A stretch of DNA of 64,000 nt. Origin: Bdellovibrionales bacterium (lineage in GTDB: Bacteria; Bdellovibrionota; Bdellovibrionia; Bdellovibrionales; JAUICD01). How positions within the stretch are numbered: position 1 is the stretch's first letter; every line of letters starts with the position of its first letter. The position numbers were made by a program, and so were the translations under genes. Positions 32,578 through 43,026 of the stretch are shown one piece after another. A model generated the notes under the pieces. It ran no database searches. It worked only from the letters and a program-made list of their open reading frames with translations, and was not told the DNA's origin. The stretch is taken from NCBI GenBank assembly GCA_965197425.1, contig CBDANC010000014.1, positions 256,001 to 320,000 of the forward strand, written 5' to 3'.

Positions 32578-33728
32578 TCCTCTTTGCTTAAAAGCTCGAT
32601 GTAATTTTCATAAATAAAAGTTTTATTTTTATATCTTCCCGTCAGTTCCTTTACTATAGCTAGTTCTTCCAAAGTTCTTAGAGATCGCAAAATGGTTTGC
32701 ACCGAACATCTTGTACTCTCTACAATATGCTTTGTATCAGATATAGGGTTCTTTTTTATATAGCTGAATGTGTTTAAAACTCCAACGGTACCCTTCTTTG
32801 CATCCTTAATCTTTTTTTCATCCTGCTCAAAGAGTGTTACAACACTTTGAGCCGTATGAGATGCTTGTTTGGAAGTTTCATAAATTCCAGTTAGAAAAAA
32901 TTTAATCCATTCTTCCCAATCTCCTGTCATACGTACTTCATTAAGTAAATAATAATATCTATCTCTGTTAATCTTAAAAAATAAGCTCAAGTAAAGTATA
33001 GGATCCTTTAAAAACCCTGCCACACAGAGCATGAAAATAATAAGCAACCTTCCCAATCTTCCGTTTCCATCTAAAAATGGATGTATAAACTCAAATTGTA
33101 CATGAGCTATTGCCACCTTTACCAAAACTGGAAGCGGTGTAGTATTGTCATTCAAAAATTTTTCAAATTCCCCAAAACACTCAGCTATATTCTCCGGAGG
33201 TGGAGGAACAAATTTTGCATTTCCTGGTCTTAGTCCTCCTATCCAATTTTGTGAAGTTCTAAATTCTCCAGGTATTTTTTTTTCTCCACGCCCACCTGAA
33301 AGGAGTATTTTGTGAATTTCACAAAGTAATCTTCTGGATAGTGGTAGTTCATTTATTTTCTCCAAGCCGTATTCAAGCGCAGATACATAATTGGAAACTT
33401 CTATGTTATCGTCAGTCATATTTTTTTTACCCAAATTTTTTTCAAACATAAGTAATTCAGATAAAGTAGATTGGGTACCTTCAATTTGTGAAGATAGTAC
33501 TGCCTCTCTTTTAGAAAACATGGTTATAAAAAGCGAAGTGTCAGGAAGGTTTGTCCTTATGGCATTTAACTCACCTATGGAAACACTTGCCTTATCCAAC
33601 AGATCATAAAATCCCCACACCTCGATCGGAGGAGTTGGAGGTAACGGGTTTGGAACAAAACATCTATAATTTTCCTCACCTGTTAGCCTTTTAATATAGC
33701 TACCAGTTGTTCGCCTAATTCTGCTCAT
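32574..33728 (-). CDS. Fic family protein with C-terminal HTH
   Basis: HPFLDGNGRLGR and inhibitory SSQIEGT helix. Confidence 0.95.
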   Translation of the reverse strand: MSRIRRTTGSYIKRLTGEENYRCFVPNPLPPTPPIEVWGFYDLLDKASVSIGELNAIRTNLPDTSLFITMFSKREAVLSSQIEGTQSTLSELLMFEKNLGKKNMTDDNIEVSNYVSALEYGLEKINELPLSRRLLCEIHKILLSGGRGEKKIPGEFRTSQNWIGGLRPGNAKFVPPPPENIAECFGEFEKFLNDNTTPLPVLVKVAIAHVQFEFIHPFLDGNGRLGRLLIIFMLCVAGFLKDPILYLSLFFKINRDRYYYLLNEVRMTGDWEEWIKFFLTGIYETSKQASHTAQSVVTLFEQDEKKIKDAKKGTVGVLNTFSYIKKNPISDTKHIVESTRCSVQTILRSLRTLEELAIVKELTGRYKNKTFIYENYIELLSKED

Positions 33729-33734
33729 AATTTC

Positions 33735-33910
33735 TATAATTCCAAAATTTCAATTTTTTGGAAGTTTAAACAAAGTAACTCACATTTTTGGAAGTTGCAA
33801 GACTTATAATTCCAAAATTTCAATTTTTTGGAAGTTTAAACAAAGTAACTCACATTTTTGGAAGTTGCAAGACTTATAATTCCAAAATTTCAATTTTTTG
33901 GAAGTTTAAA
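33735..33910. repeat. 70-bp tandem repeat, 2.5 copies, in the Fic promoter
   Basis: A 36-nt block occurs three times and an identical 34-nt block twice. Confidence 0.95.
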
Positions 33911-33948
33911 AATTTTGGGATAAACACCTTAAAAATCAATAGGTTAGG

Positions 33949-36456
33949 CTATTTTTTACTTATCAAGCCATAAGGCATGTCGTCTCTGTTAGTTGGCTTA
34001 TGTCCCACATATTCCTCTTCTGAGAAGTCGTCTACCTGAATTGCATCTAATCTTGCTTCTATTGCTTTTTGAAGATCATCGTGTTCATATTGACTTATTA
34101 TATCTTTTGACAAAGCTTCTTTCAAAGCAAACTTCACAGACTGTTTATCCAACTTTTTTTCTCTCATTGCTCGTTTAATTTTTTTCTCAATTTTGTGAGT
34201 AGTTAAAACTAAATTGAATGCATTATCTCCTCTTGCCAGTGGTTCTTGCTTATCTGTTGGAATATAAATACCTTTTGTAAGATTATCTCTGACATTAGAT
34301 TTTGTATTAAGCACACTTTCTACAACTTCACTAACCAGTTTATCGTCTACCCCACGAGTTAATACATTAAAGTTGTTCCACATACGAACAACACATACCA
34401 CCAATCTAAGAGGATTAAGCCTACCAATATCTAAGTTTTTAAAGATACCATCAAATGCGGTCTGAATATTATAAAAACTTTGTTTTAAAGAGTAATGTAC
34501 TAGAGGTAAATCTGGAGTTCTCTTATGTTCTGCTTCATAGCGTCTCAAAACAGCCGTTGCCATATAAAGATTAGATAATACATCTGCAAACCTACCTGTG
34601 AGCATTTCTTTTTTCTTCAATGCTCCTCCATACAAAGCCATCACCACATCTGTCATCAACGCAAAACAGGCTACACTCCATGACAATCTTCTGAAGTATT
34701 TTGATACACTACTATCCCCTTGATATGAAACAAAAACTCCTCTGGTTAAACTTAAAACAACACATCTAAATACATTGGTGATCACATGTTTGATGTGACC
34801 AAAAAATGCTCTATCAAATTCTTTAAGGTTATCTTGCATTATAGAATTAACAACTTTGAAGGCAAAAGGGTGAGCTCTCAAAGCTCCTTGACCAAAAATC
34901 ATCAAAGTTCTAGTTAAAATATTTGCTCCTTCAACTGTTATCCCTATTGGGGCTGTTAAATAATAATCAACAATTAAATTTCTTTTTCCCTTAGAAATAC
35001 CACTACCACCTAGTATATCCATAGAGTGATTGATAACCTGTCTACTAAGTTCTGTTGTGATATATTTTGAAATAGCTGTTATCACAGGAGGTTTTACACC
35101 GCTGTCTAATGCTCCAGTAGTAAAACATCTTACAGCTTCCAACATATAACAACTACCTAAAATTTTTGCCAGTGGCTCTTTAACTCCATCAAAAGAACTT
35201 ATCGAAATTCCAAATTGATTTCTATTAACAGCATGAGCTGTTACATATCTAGATAATAATTTAATAGTTCCCACGCTCTGGGAAGGTAGCGAGATGCCTC
35301 TTCCTGCTGACAAACTTTCCATCAACATGTTCCAACCTATGCCACAACCCTTTTCTTCTCCAATCACATCTTCTATCGAAATAACAACATCTTTGCCCTG
35401 AGTAGGACAGTTATAAAAAGGTACTCCCAAAGGATCATGCCTTCTTCCAAGAGTAATACCCTCCTTATCAGTGGAAACTAAAGCACAAGTAATACCAATA
35501 TCCTCTTTTCCTGTTTCCAATAAGTTATCAGGATCCCTTAACCTAAATGCCACACCCATTACAGTTGATATTGCAGCTAAGGTGATCCAACGTTTATTCC
35601 AATTCAACCTAATTTTTAATTTTCCATTTTCTTTAAATAAAACTCCTTCCGCTTGAATTGAAGCCGCATCACTGCCTGCCTCTGGCTCTGTCAATGCAAA
35701 ACAAGGTATATCTTCACCACTAGCGAGTCTGGGCAAATAATAATCTTGTTGTTTCTTAGTACCATAGTGAATTAACAATTCCGCAGGGCCTAAAGAATTG
35801 GGAACCATAACTGTTACTGTTACTGGAGTCGATCTTGAGTTAAGCTTCATAATAACAGCACTATGTGCAAAAGCTGAAAAGCCTAAACCACCAAAATCTT
35901 TTGGAACAATCATTCCAAAAAACTTTTCTTTCTTCAAAAACTTCCACACATTCTCAGGTATTCTTCTCTTAGAGTAGATATCAAAGTTGCAAATCATTTT
36001 ACATAACTCTTCAACTGGGCCATTTAAAAAAGCCTCTTCCTCTTCTGTAAGTTTGGGGTAATTTTCGTTCATCAATTTTCTGCCATTAACTTTGCCAGAA
36101 AAATATTGCTTATCTAACCACAAAGCTCCAGCTTCTAAAGCTTCACTCTCTGTTCTAGAGATACTAGGTACAAGTTTTAGCAATTTCATCAACTTCATAA
36201 CAAGTCTCGAAATCACATTTCTTCTAAAGGGAGTAATAAGAATACTTAAACAAATCAAAGTATAAATAATAAGAGTAATGGGCAATACATTAAAACCAAG
36301 CATTACAAAAAAGCCAGCTGTAAACCATAAGATAAATGGGGCCTTAAAGTAGCCCATAAAAATTGCTAAAATAAAAAAAGCAGCATATAACCAAACACCA
36401 AAACCATAGCCAAAAAACCCCCATAACGGGCCAAAAACATTCCAAACAACTTCCAT
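33949..36456 (-). CDS. fadE: Acyl-CoA dehydrogenase (FadE, long form)
   Basis: VMVPNSLGPAELL, CFALTEPEAGSDA, ITVEGANILTR; N-terminal TMs. Confidence 0.93.
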   Translation of the reverse strand: MEVVWNVFGPLWGFFGYGFGVWLYAAFFILAIFMGYFKAPFILWFTAGFFVMLGFNVLPITLIIYTLICLSILITPFRRNVISRLVMKLMKLLKLVPSISRTESEALEAGALWLDKQYFSGKVNGRKLMNENYPKLTEEEEAFLNGPVEELCKMICNFDIYSKRRIPENVWKFLKKEKFFGMIVPKDFGGLGFSAFAHSAVIMKLNSRSTPVTVTVMVPNSLGPAELLIHYGTKKQQDYYLPRLASGEDIPCFALTEPEAGSDAASIQAEGVLFKENGKLKIRLNWNKRWITLAAISTVMGVAFRLRDPDNLLETGKEDIGITCALVSTDKEGITLGRRHDPLGVPFYNCPTQGKDVVISIEDVIGEEKGCGIGWNMLMESLSAGRGISLPSQSVGTIKLLSRYVTAHAVNRNQFGISISSFDGVKEPLAKILGSCYMLEAVRCFTTGALDSGVKPPVITAISKYITTELSRQVINHSMDILGGSGISKGKRNLIVDYYLTAPIGITVEGANILTRTLMIFGQGALRAHPFAFKVVNSIMQDNLKEFDRAFFGHIKHVITNVFRCVVLSLTRGVFVSYQGDSSVSKYFRRLSWSVACFALMTDVVMALYGGALKKKEMLTGRFADVLSNLYMATAVLRRYEAEHKRTPDLPLVHYSLKQSFYNIQTAFDGIFKNLDIGRLNPLRLVVCVVRMWNNFNVLTRGVDDKLVSEVVESVLNTKSNVRDNLTKGIYIPTDKQEPLARGDNAFNLVLTTHKIEKKIKRAMREKKLDKQSVKFALKEALSKDIISQYEHDDLQKAIEARLDAIQVDDFSEEEYVGHKPTNRDDMPYGLISKK

Positions 36457-36537
36457 TTATCCTCCGTTAACACTGACAAATTACTTCAGTTTATTCATAT
36501 TTATTCTTATTTCACAACTTATACTGAAGCAAAGCTA

Positions 36538-37998
36538 TTATTCTTTTAGTTTCATAGTAGGAAACAATATCACATCCCTGATAGATGGCATATCAGTAAC
36601 CAGCATAACAAGTCTATCAATACCCAACCCCACACCACCTGTAGGAGGCATACCTAAATCTATTGCATGTACAAAACTTTTATCCATTGGGTGATGGTCC
36701 CCGCCTTGCAACCTGATTTCCTCCTGAGCTTTTAATCTTTTAAATTGCTCTTCTGGATCATTTAACTCTGTGTACGCATTACCTAGTTCCATTTTTGCCA
36801 CAACGGGCTCAAACCTTTCCACTCTATTTGGTTTGCTTCTGTGCATTTTTGTAAGAGGAGATATCTCCACAGGATAATCCATAACAATTGTAGGTTGCCA
36901 AAGTTGATCCTCAACCACTAACTCGAATAAGTCCATGATCATTTCCCCTCTAGAAACCTTACTTTCTAGAGAAGTGCCATGCTTTTTACACTCCAAAAAC
37001 AAATCTTGATCTGATATTTTGCTTAAGTCAACATCTCCATACTCCAATATACCATCATCAATACTAAGCCTCTTCCAAGGGGTATTAAAGTCTATCTCTT
37101 TTCCTTGGTAAGTTATTTTGCTTGTACCATGAATAGATTTTACAACAAACAAAACAAGTTCCTCAAATTGTTTCATTTGATAAAGATAATCGGTGTAAGC
37201 TTCGTACCATTCTACTGTGGTAAACTCTGGATTATGTTGCCTGTCTATACCTTCATTTCTAAAACTTTTACCAAGATCATAAACTTTATCAAAACCTCCC
37301 ACGATCAATTTTTTTAAAAAAATTTCCGGAGAAATTTTCATATATAAATCCATGCTCAGAGCATTGTGCTTTGTTACAAACGGTTTTGCAGCAGCACCAC
37401 CGTATACCGACTGCAACATCGGTGTTTCCACTTCTATAAATCCTCTGTCATCCAAAAATTTTCTTATTAAACTAATAACCTTAGACCTTATCTTAAAGAC
37501 TTCTTTTACCTTTGGCTCTGATATTAAGTGTAGATATCTAGATCTATACTTTATCTCCATGTCTGTAATTCCATGAAATTTTTCTGGAAGTGGCTCTAGT
37601 GTTTTGCACAAAATTTTAAACTTTCTACAGTGAATACTAAGTTCGCCCTTTTTTGTTTTAAAAACAAAGCCTTCGACCCCTACTATGTCCCCTATATCTA
37701 AATGTTCAAAACAAGATTTTTCTTCACTAGATAATTCTTCTAATTTCAAGTAACACTGAAAAGAAGAGTCGTCTTGAATGTTAAAAAATGAAGCCTTACC
37801 CATCGACCTTTTGGTCATCACTCTTCCAGCCAAAACAAAAGATGTATCTTTTAGCTTTTCTCCTATTTCAAGAGATTTATATTTTTCTATAAGTTCACTG
37901 GAATATACAGTTCTCTCAAATGAGTGAGGGTAAGCATCAACTTTTTTTCTAAGTGCGTTTAACTTCTTTTTCTTTTCTTGTCTTAGAGGGTTTTCCAT
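36538..37998 (-). CDS. lysS: Lysine--tRNA ligase (class II)
   Basis: GGAAAKPF, FRNEG, HNPEFT, GMPPTGG.GIDRL. Confidence 0.97.
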   Translation of the reverse strand: MENPLRQEKKKKLNALRKKVDAYPHSFERTVYSSELIEKYKSLEIGEKLKDTSFVLAGRVMTKRSMGKASFFNIQDDSSFQCYLKLEELSSEEKSCFEHLDIGDIVGVEGFVFKTKKGELSIHCRKFKILCKTLEPLPEKFHGITDMEIKYRSRYLHLISEPKVKEVFKIRSKVISLIRKFLDDRGFIEVETPMLQSVYGGAAAKPFVTKHNALSMDLYMKISPEIFLKKLIVGGFDKVYDLGKSFRNEGIDRQHNPEFTTVEWYEAYTDYLYQMKQFEELVLFVVKSIHGTSKITYQGKEIDFNTPWKRLSIDDGILEYGDVDLSKISDQDLFLECKKHGTSLESKVSRGEMIMDLFELVVEDQLWQPTIVMDYPVEISPLTKMHRSKPNRVERFEPVVAKMELGNAYTELNDPEEQFKRLKAQEEIRLQGGDHHPMDKSFVHAIDLGMPPTGGVGLGIDRLVMLVTDMPSIRDVILFPTMKLKE

Positions 37999-38858
37999 TA
38001 ACTATGATCACTATATATGGATATTATTTTATCTAATAAATCTATTGCTTTACTTTTTTCTCTTTGAAATGAATTCCTGCCAACTATGCTGCCAAAACTT
38101 CCGCCCTTCGCAAGAAGACGAACTTCATCTAATAATTCTTTTGTGTCTTTAGCAGGACCACCAGAAAAAATCACAATACGCTTTTTATTAAAGGCAGCCT
38201 CTAGTACTTTTCCTACAGCGTCACTTAGATTGCTTGTGTCAGTAGGTGGTTTCACCTTAATTATATTTGCTCCAAGTTGTGCTGCTATGTGAGCAGCATA
38301 AGCTATGGTCTCTAAGTTAGTTTCTTTCCCTTTCAACTGTTCCCCTCTAGGATAACTCCAAATCACCACAGCTAATCCAACTTTTTTTGCTTCTCGACTT
38401 AACTTTGCAATTTCCTCATACATTTGTTTTTTGTGTTTACTACCAGGATAAATAGTAAATCCAATGGCAACACATCCAAGCCTAAGTGCATGATCAATGC
38501 CAGATGTAATTGCAGGTATTGGATCATCACTTTTATACAAACTCTCTGCATTGTTTACTTTTAAAATCAGGGGAATCTCACCAGCATAATCTCTAGCACC
38601 TGACTCTATAAATCCCAGAGGAGCTGCATATGCATTGCATCCAGCTTCGATAGCAAATTCGAAGTGGTAATTAGGATCATAGGCGCATGGATTTTTGTCA
38701 AAGCTCTTAAGTGGTCCGTGTTCAAAACCCTGATCTACAGGTAGGATAACCAGCTTGCCTGTGCCTGCTAATTTCCCATGGTTAAGCATCCTGGATAAAT
38801 TTGCTATTACTCCAGGACAGTCGGCAGAATAGAAATTGAGAATATCACTTGTACTCAC
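37998..38858 (-). CDS. fbaB: Class I fructose-bisphosphate aldolase
   Basis: ILPVDQGFEHGP, WSYPRG, IIKVK, GRNSFQR. Confidence 0.9.
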   Translation of the reverse strand: MSTSDILNFYSADCPGVIANLSRMLNHGKLAGTGKLVILPVDQGFEHGPLKSFDKNPCAYDPNYHFEFAIEAGCNAYAAPLGFIESGARDYAGEIPLILKVNNAESLYKSDDPIPAITSGIDHALRLGCVAIGFTIYPGSKHKKQMYEEIAKLSREAKKVGLAVVIWSYPRGEQLKGKETNLETIAYAAHIAAQLGANIIKVKPPTDTSNLSDAVGKVLEAAFNKKRIVIFSGGPAKDTKELLDEVRLLAKGGSFGSIVGRNSFQREKSKAIDLLDKIISIYSDHS

Positions 38859-38961
38859 TTAATAACCCATTGAATCTTGAACCTAGCAAAGTATTGAATA
38901 TTGCGGTGTATAAGTCAAACATCATCTTGTCGCACGCTCAAATTGAGATTAGATTCTGGCA

Positions 38962-39615
38962 ATGGCTTTTATTGTATTTGAAGGACTGGATGGATCAGGA
39001 AAAAGCACATTAATTCAAGCTTTAGGAAAAGATCTAAAAAAACATGGCGTGGACTACCTTATAACGGAAGAGCCGGGAGGTAGCCTGGTAGGGAACCAAA
39101 TAAGAGCAGTTCTTTTGGATAAAAAAAATAAATCTCTCTGTTCCAAAACAGAACTGTTATTATACCAATCAATAAGAGCCCAACATGTAGATAGTGTAAT
39201 TAAACCTGCCATTCAACAAGGCAAGTGGGTCATTTGTGATAGGTTCACAGCAAGTTCCATTGCATTTCAATCTTCTGGAAGAGGAATAGATCTAGCCTGC
39301 GTTGAGTATCTAAATAACTTCTCAACCGACAACCTAAAACCTGAATTAACAGTCCTATTAGATATAGAACCTAAAGAAAGCAAAGCTAGACTTAATAAAC
39401 GAAAAAATCAAGTTGGACAAGAAAAAGACAGGTTTGAAATTGAAGATTTAAAATTTCATATCAAGGTAAGAAACTCTTATTTAAAACAATCTAAGAGCAA
39501 TCCAAACTGGTTGATACTTGATGGAAAAAACTCAACAGAAATAAACCAAAATAAAATCAAAAACGCTTTGCTAACAAAGGGCTGGTTAAAGAACTTGAGT
39601 GGAGATTGTATATGA
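38962..39615 (+). CDS. tmk: Thymidylate kinase
   Basis: FEGLDGSGKST, EPGG, DRF..S..AFQ. Confidence 0.96.
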   Translation: MAFIVFEGLDGSGKSTLIQALGKDLKKHGVDYLITEEPGGSLVGNQIRAVLLDKKNKSLCSKTELLLYQSIRAQHVDSVIKPAIQQGKWVICDRFTASSIAFQSSGRGIDLACVEYLNNFSTDNLKPELTVLLDIEPKESKARLNKRKNQVGQEKDRFEIEDLKFHIKVRNSYLKQSKSNPNWLILDGKNSTEINQNKIKNALLTKGWLKNLSGDCI

Positions 39616-40436
39616 CATCCGGGAAGCTGGACATTCAATCGATACCAAATTCATTAGCTATCGTTGGAAAAAATGAGAGTTTAAATTTTAAGATAGCACA
39701 AAAGTTTGCACAAAAACTTTTGTGCGAAAAGAACATGGGTGATTGCAACTGTGGGCCATGTGTTAGAGTGGCAAAAAATATAAGCGAAAGTGTTTTAATA
39801 GTTAAGCCTGAGAATGAATCTATAAAAATAGCAGGCGCTAAGGAGATAATTAATTTTATAAAACTCACACCTATTAACAAAGCAAACATTGTTATAATTA
39901 AAAATGCAAATCTGATGAATAAAGAAGCCTCTAATCATCTGCTTAAAGCAATAGAAGAACCAACTTCTCGTCAATATTTTATGTTACTAGCTCCAGAAGA
40001 AGGAACCTTTTTATCAACTATAAGAAGTCGTGTACAAGTATTTAGAGCAGATACAATGGACAACTCATCAAACAACTTTGACTTAGATAAGGAAAACCTA
40101 AGCTTAGATGATCCGGCATTCGAAAAATCCTTAAATATGTTAGATGCCATTATAAAAAATAGTGTAGTAAGTGTTGGAAAAATAAAAATTAAGGACAAAA
40201 AAGAAGCACTCTTAATATGTTATTTTATAAGAGAGTTTTTAAGGGATTTGGCTATAGCCAATTATAATAAAACATTAATAAAATACCCTGACATAATCAA
40301 AAAATATAACTCCATTAAGTTAGATAGAATAAATCGTATGTTTGATTGCTCTTCTAAAATGATCCAACACTTAAAAGGCAATGTGGACAAAAATATTATT
40401 TTTGAACAAATGGCACTGAAGGGAAGTATCAAATGA
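39606..40436 (+). CDS. holB: DNA polymerase III delta' subunit
   Basis: Zn module C..C.CGPC, ASNHLLKAIEEP, TIRSR; follows tmk. Confidence 0.85.
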   Translation: MYMTSGKLDIQSIPNSLAIVGKNESLNFKIAQKFAQKLLCEKNMGDCNCGPCVRVAKNISESVLIVKPENESIKIAGAKEIINFIKLTPINKANIVIIKNANLMNKEASNHLLKAIEEPTSRQYFMLLAPEEGTFLSTIRSRVQVFRADTMDNSSNNFDLDKENLSLDDPAFEKSLNMLDAIIKNSVVSVGKIKIKDKKEALLICYFIREFLRDLAIANYNKTLIKYPDIIKKYNSIKLDRINRMFDCSSKMIQHLKGNVDKNIIFEQMALKGSIK

Positions 40437-40518
40437 CACATAGAAAGCTGGGTAATCACCAGGCCTTGAAAGTAGGCATAGCCCCCTTATTTTTGCCTCA
40501 TTCGGAAGATCTTTATGA
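40433..40518 (+). repeat. Dispersed repeat M2 (short form) filling the holB-tatD junction
   Basis: atgacacatagaaagctgggtaatcac...gcctcattcggaagatctttATGA matches the rpoB-rpoC copy. Confidence 0.8.
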
Positions 40519-41276
40519 GTTGGATTGATATTCATTGCCACTTAGATATGTTAGAGGATCCACAACAAGCTATTTTGGAAGCCAAAGAATGTGGAGTAAC
40601 ACATATGATAACTATCTCCACTACACCAGCTACTCAAAAAAAAGTTCTGGAATTTTCCAAAAAATATTTTCCAAATGTATTTTGTACTTTTGGAATACAT
40701 CCACACGATGCTAAAGACTTTGATATAGAAGTAAAAAAATATATTTTAGAAAATGCTCATGTAAAAAACTGTGTTGCAATAGGTGAAATAGGGTTGGACT
40801 ATTACTATAACTACTCTGAGCAGTCAGTACAAAAACAAGTTTTTTTGGAACAACTAGAAATGGCACAAGAACTAGATCTTCCTGTTCAAATACATACACG
40901 GGATGCAGAAAAAGATACCATTGATATTTTAAAAAAAATTAAGCCCAAGGGAGTTATACATTGTTTCACTGGAACACAGTGGTTAGCAGATGAGGCTCTA
41001 TCACTGGGAATGAATATTTCATTTAGTGGAATTGTAACATTCAAAAACGCAAAACAATTAGTTGATGTTGCAAAAAATACTCCAATAGACAGAATGCACA
41101 TTGAAACCGACGCACCTTTTTTAGCTCCTGTACCTGTAAGAGGCAAAAAAAATACTCCTGCCTATGTAGGCCATGTAGGTAAGTTTTTAGCAGATTTAAA
41201 GGGAATAGAAGCAGAAGAGTTTAAACAACAAATGTATAAAAATGCTCTTGCTGTTTTTACAAAACTTAATGGTTAA
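40515..41276 (+). CDS. tatD: TatD family nuclease
   Basis: DIHCH, GIHPH, GEIGLDY, IHTR, HCF, ETDAPFL. Confidence 0.95.
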   Translation: MSWIDIHCHLDMLEDPQQAILEAKECGVTHMITISTTPATQKKVLEFSKKYFPNVFCTFGIHPHDAKDFDIEVKKYILENAHVKNCVAIGEIGLDYYYNYSEQSVQKQVFLEQLEMAQELDLPVQIHTRDAEKDTIDILKKIKPKGVIHCFTGTQWLADEALSLGMNISFSGIVTFKNAKQLVDVAKNTPIDRMHIETDAPFLAPVPVRGKKNTPAYVGHVGKFLADLKGIEAEEFKQQMYKNALAVFTKLNG

Positions 41277-41522
41277 TTTAACAGATCATGCCCAATCTAA
41301 GGCATTTTGTCCTTTGTTGTCTATAGCATTAAGATCCGCATGAAATTGTTTGGGCAAAGTTTTTGATATACAGCAACCTTTACAACAAACCCATTATATA
41401 GCTATTTAATGATAAAACTATCTTTGTTCAGAGACTTAGAAAGATAAATTTTTTGCAACTAAAAAATTGTGTTGCTTATCACATATTTGCAAGTAAAATA
41501 AGAAACAAATAAAGGAGTTTTT

Positions 41523-42908
41523 ATGCCTCATAGGTCTTTTTCGTTTTTGTTGGTCTACCTGTTACCATTAAGTATATCTTGTGCAAGTTTAGGTAAAACA
41601 AAGCAAGGTGTTCATTTTTCTAATTTATCCACAAGAAAGATGGCTTCCATCAAAGTTAAAAATAAACCTATTTTTAACAACATAGTCAGCAAGGATCTGA
41701 ATAGAGCTCAAAAGCTGACAACCTTAAACAAACTTTTAAACAATCCTTTTACTAAAACTTTTGCCAATGATGATACGAACAGGGGCAGGAAATTAAAGTA
41801 CACTGCTACTCCTAGCGATGATCTCCTTGTTACAGCGGCACAGGAAGGTGATTTAAACAGGGTCCGTGAGTTGATTGAAACTGGAGATCATGCTGATAAA
41901 TATGATGAAGCTCTTATTGCGGCAGTAGCAAATGAGCATTTAGAAGTTATGAGTGAATTAATCAAAGCTGGAGCAGATCCCAATGCGACAAATTCAGATG
42001 GTTTTACTGCTCTTATGATCGCATCTGTTAGTAATCGTTTAGACATAGTTAGAGAATTGATTAAAGCAGGTGCTGATGTCGATTTCAGTACGACCATAAA
42101 TGATGGGAATTTACGCAATGTCAGCGTTCTTATGATTGCATCCAATAATGGAAGTTTAGGAGTAGTTCGAGAGTTAGTAGCTTCTGATGTAAGTGTTCAT
42201 GCAACAGATTCAGATGGGGACACTGCTATTATATATGCCATATTGAAGGACCAACTAGAAGTAGTCAGGGAGCTAATAGAGGCTGGAGCAGATTTGAGCG
42301 ATAGAAATTCAAATGGCTTTACTGCTCTCATAGTAGCATCAATAGAGGGACATTTAGAAATAATAAGAGAGCTGATTAAAGCAGGTGCAGAAATTGATGC
42401 AGCAGATTCAGATGGATTTAACTCCCTCATGGCAGCAGCAATGATTGGACACTTAGAGGTTGTTCGAGAATTAATTAAGGCCGGAGCAAATGTTCATGCA
42501 ACTGACACTGACGCAGACACTGCTTTGGTATATGCAATAATAGGCGATGGGAATTTAGAAGTAGTAAGAGAACTTATTAAAGAAGGTGTCGATGTCAATG
42601 CAGCAAGTTTGTTGAGCCTTATAACCCCCTTAATGAGAGCAACATTTGCAGGACACTTAGAGGTTGTTCGAGAATTAATTAAGGCCGGAGCAAATGTTCA
42701 TGCAACTGATGATGATGGAGACACTGCCATTATATATGCAGCACTCGGTATGGAATTAGAGTTGGCTCGTGAGCTATGTAGGAATGGAGCTGTTTTCAAT
42801 TACAGTATATCTCAAACAGCAATTGGGTATGGAGTACCGCAGAGTTTCATTGAAGAAATGTTTCGCGTATGCGACACAAGAATTGCTAGGAGGAGGTCAA
42901 GCTTCTAA
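41523..42908 (+). CDS. Ankyrin-repeat protein with lipoprotein-like signal
   Basis: About 10 G.TAL..A...G.LEVVRELI.AGA repeats; N-terminal ...LSISC. Confidence 0.92.
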   Translation: MPHRSFSFLLVYLLPLSISCASLGKTKQGVHFSNLSTRKMASIKVKNKPIFNNIVSKDLNRAQKLTTLNKLLNNPFTKTFANDDTNRGRKLKYTATPSDDLLVTAAQEGDLNRVRELIETGDHADKYDEALIAAVANEHLEVMSELIKAGADPNATNSDGFTALMIASVSNRLDIVRELIKAGADVDFSTTINDGNLRNVSVLMIASNNGSLGVVRELVASDVSVHATDSDGDTAIIYAILKDQLEVVRELIEAGADLSDRNSNGFTALIVASIEGHLEIIRELIKAGAEIDAADSDGFNSLMAAAMIGHLEVVRELIKAGANVHATDTDADTALVYAIIGDGNLEVVRELIKEGVDVNAASLLSLITPLMRATFAGHLEVVRELIKAGANVHATDDDGDTAIIYAALGMELELARELCRNGAVFNYSISQTAIGYGVPQSFIEEMFRVCDTRIARRRSSF

Positions 42909-43026
42909 GCTACCAGAAACATAAAATTTATTTATTTTTAACCTTGGTACAAGAACTAATGGAAACAAGTGTGACATTAGTTCACAAAACTTTGAATCAT
43001 TTAAGTTCGTTAAAAATTTAATAGTG

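Noticed and set aside
33735..33910. CRISPR-like geometry (36-nt palindromic repeat with 34-nt spacers)
   Set aside because: Both spacers are identical and share sequence with the repeat, and no cas genes are present. It is a tandem duplication.
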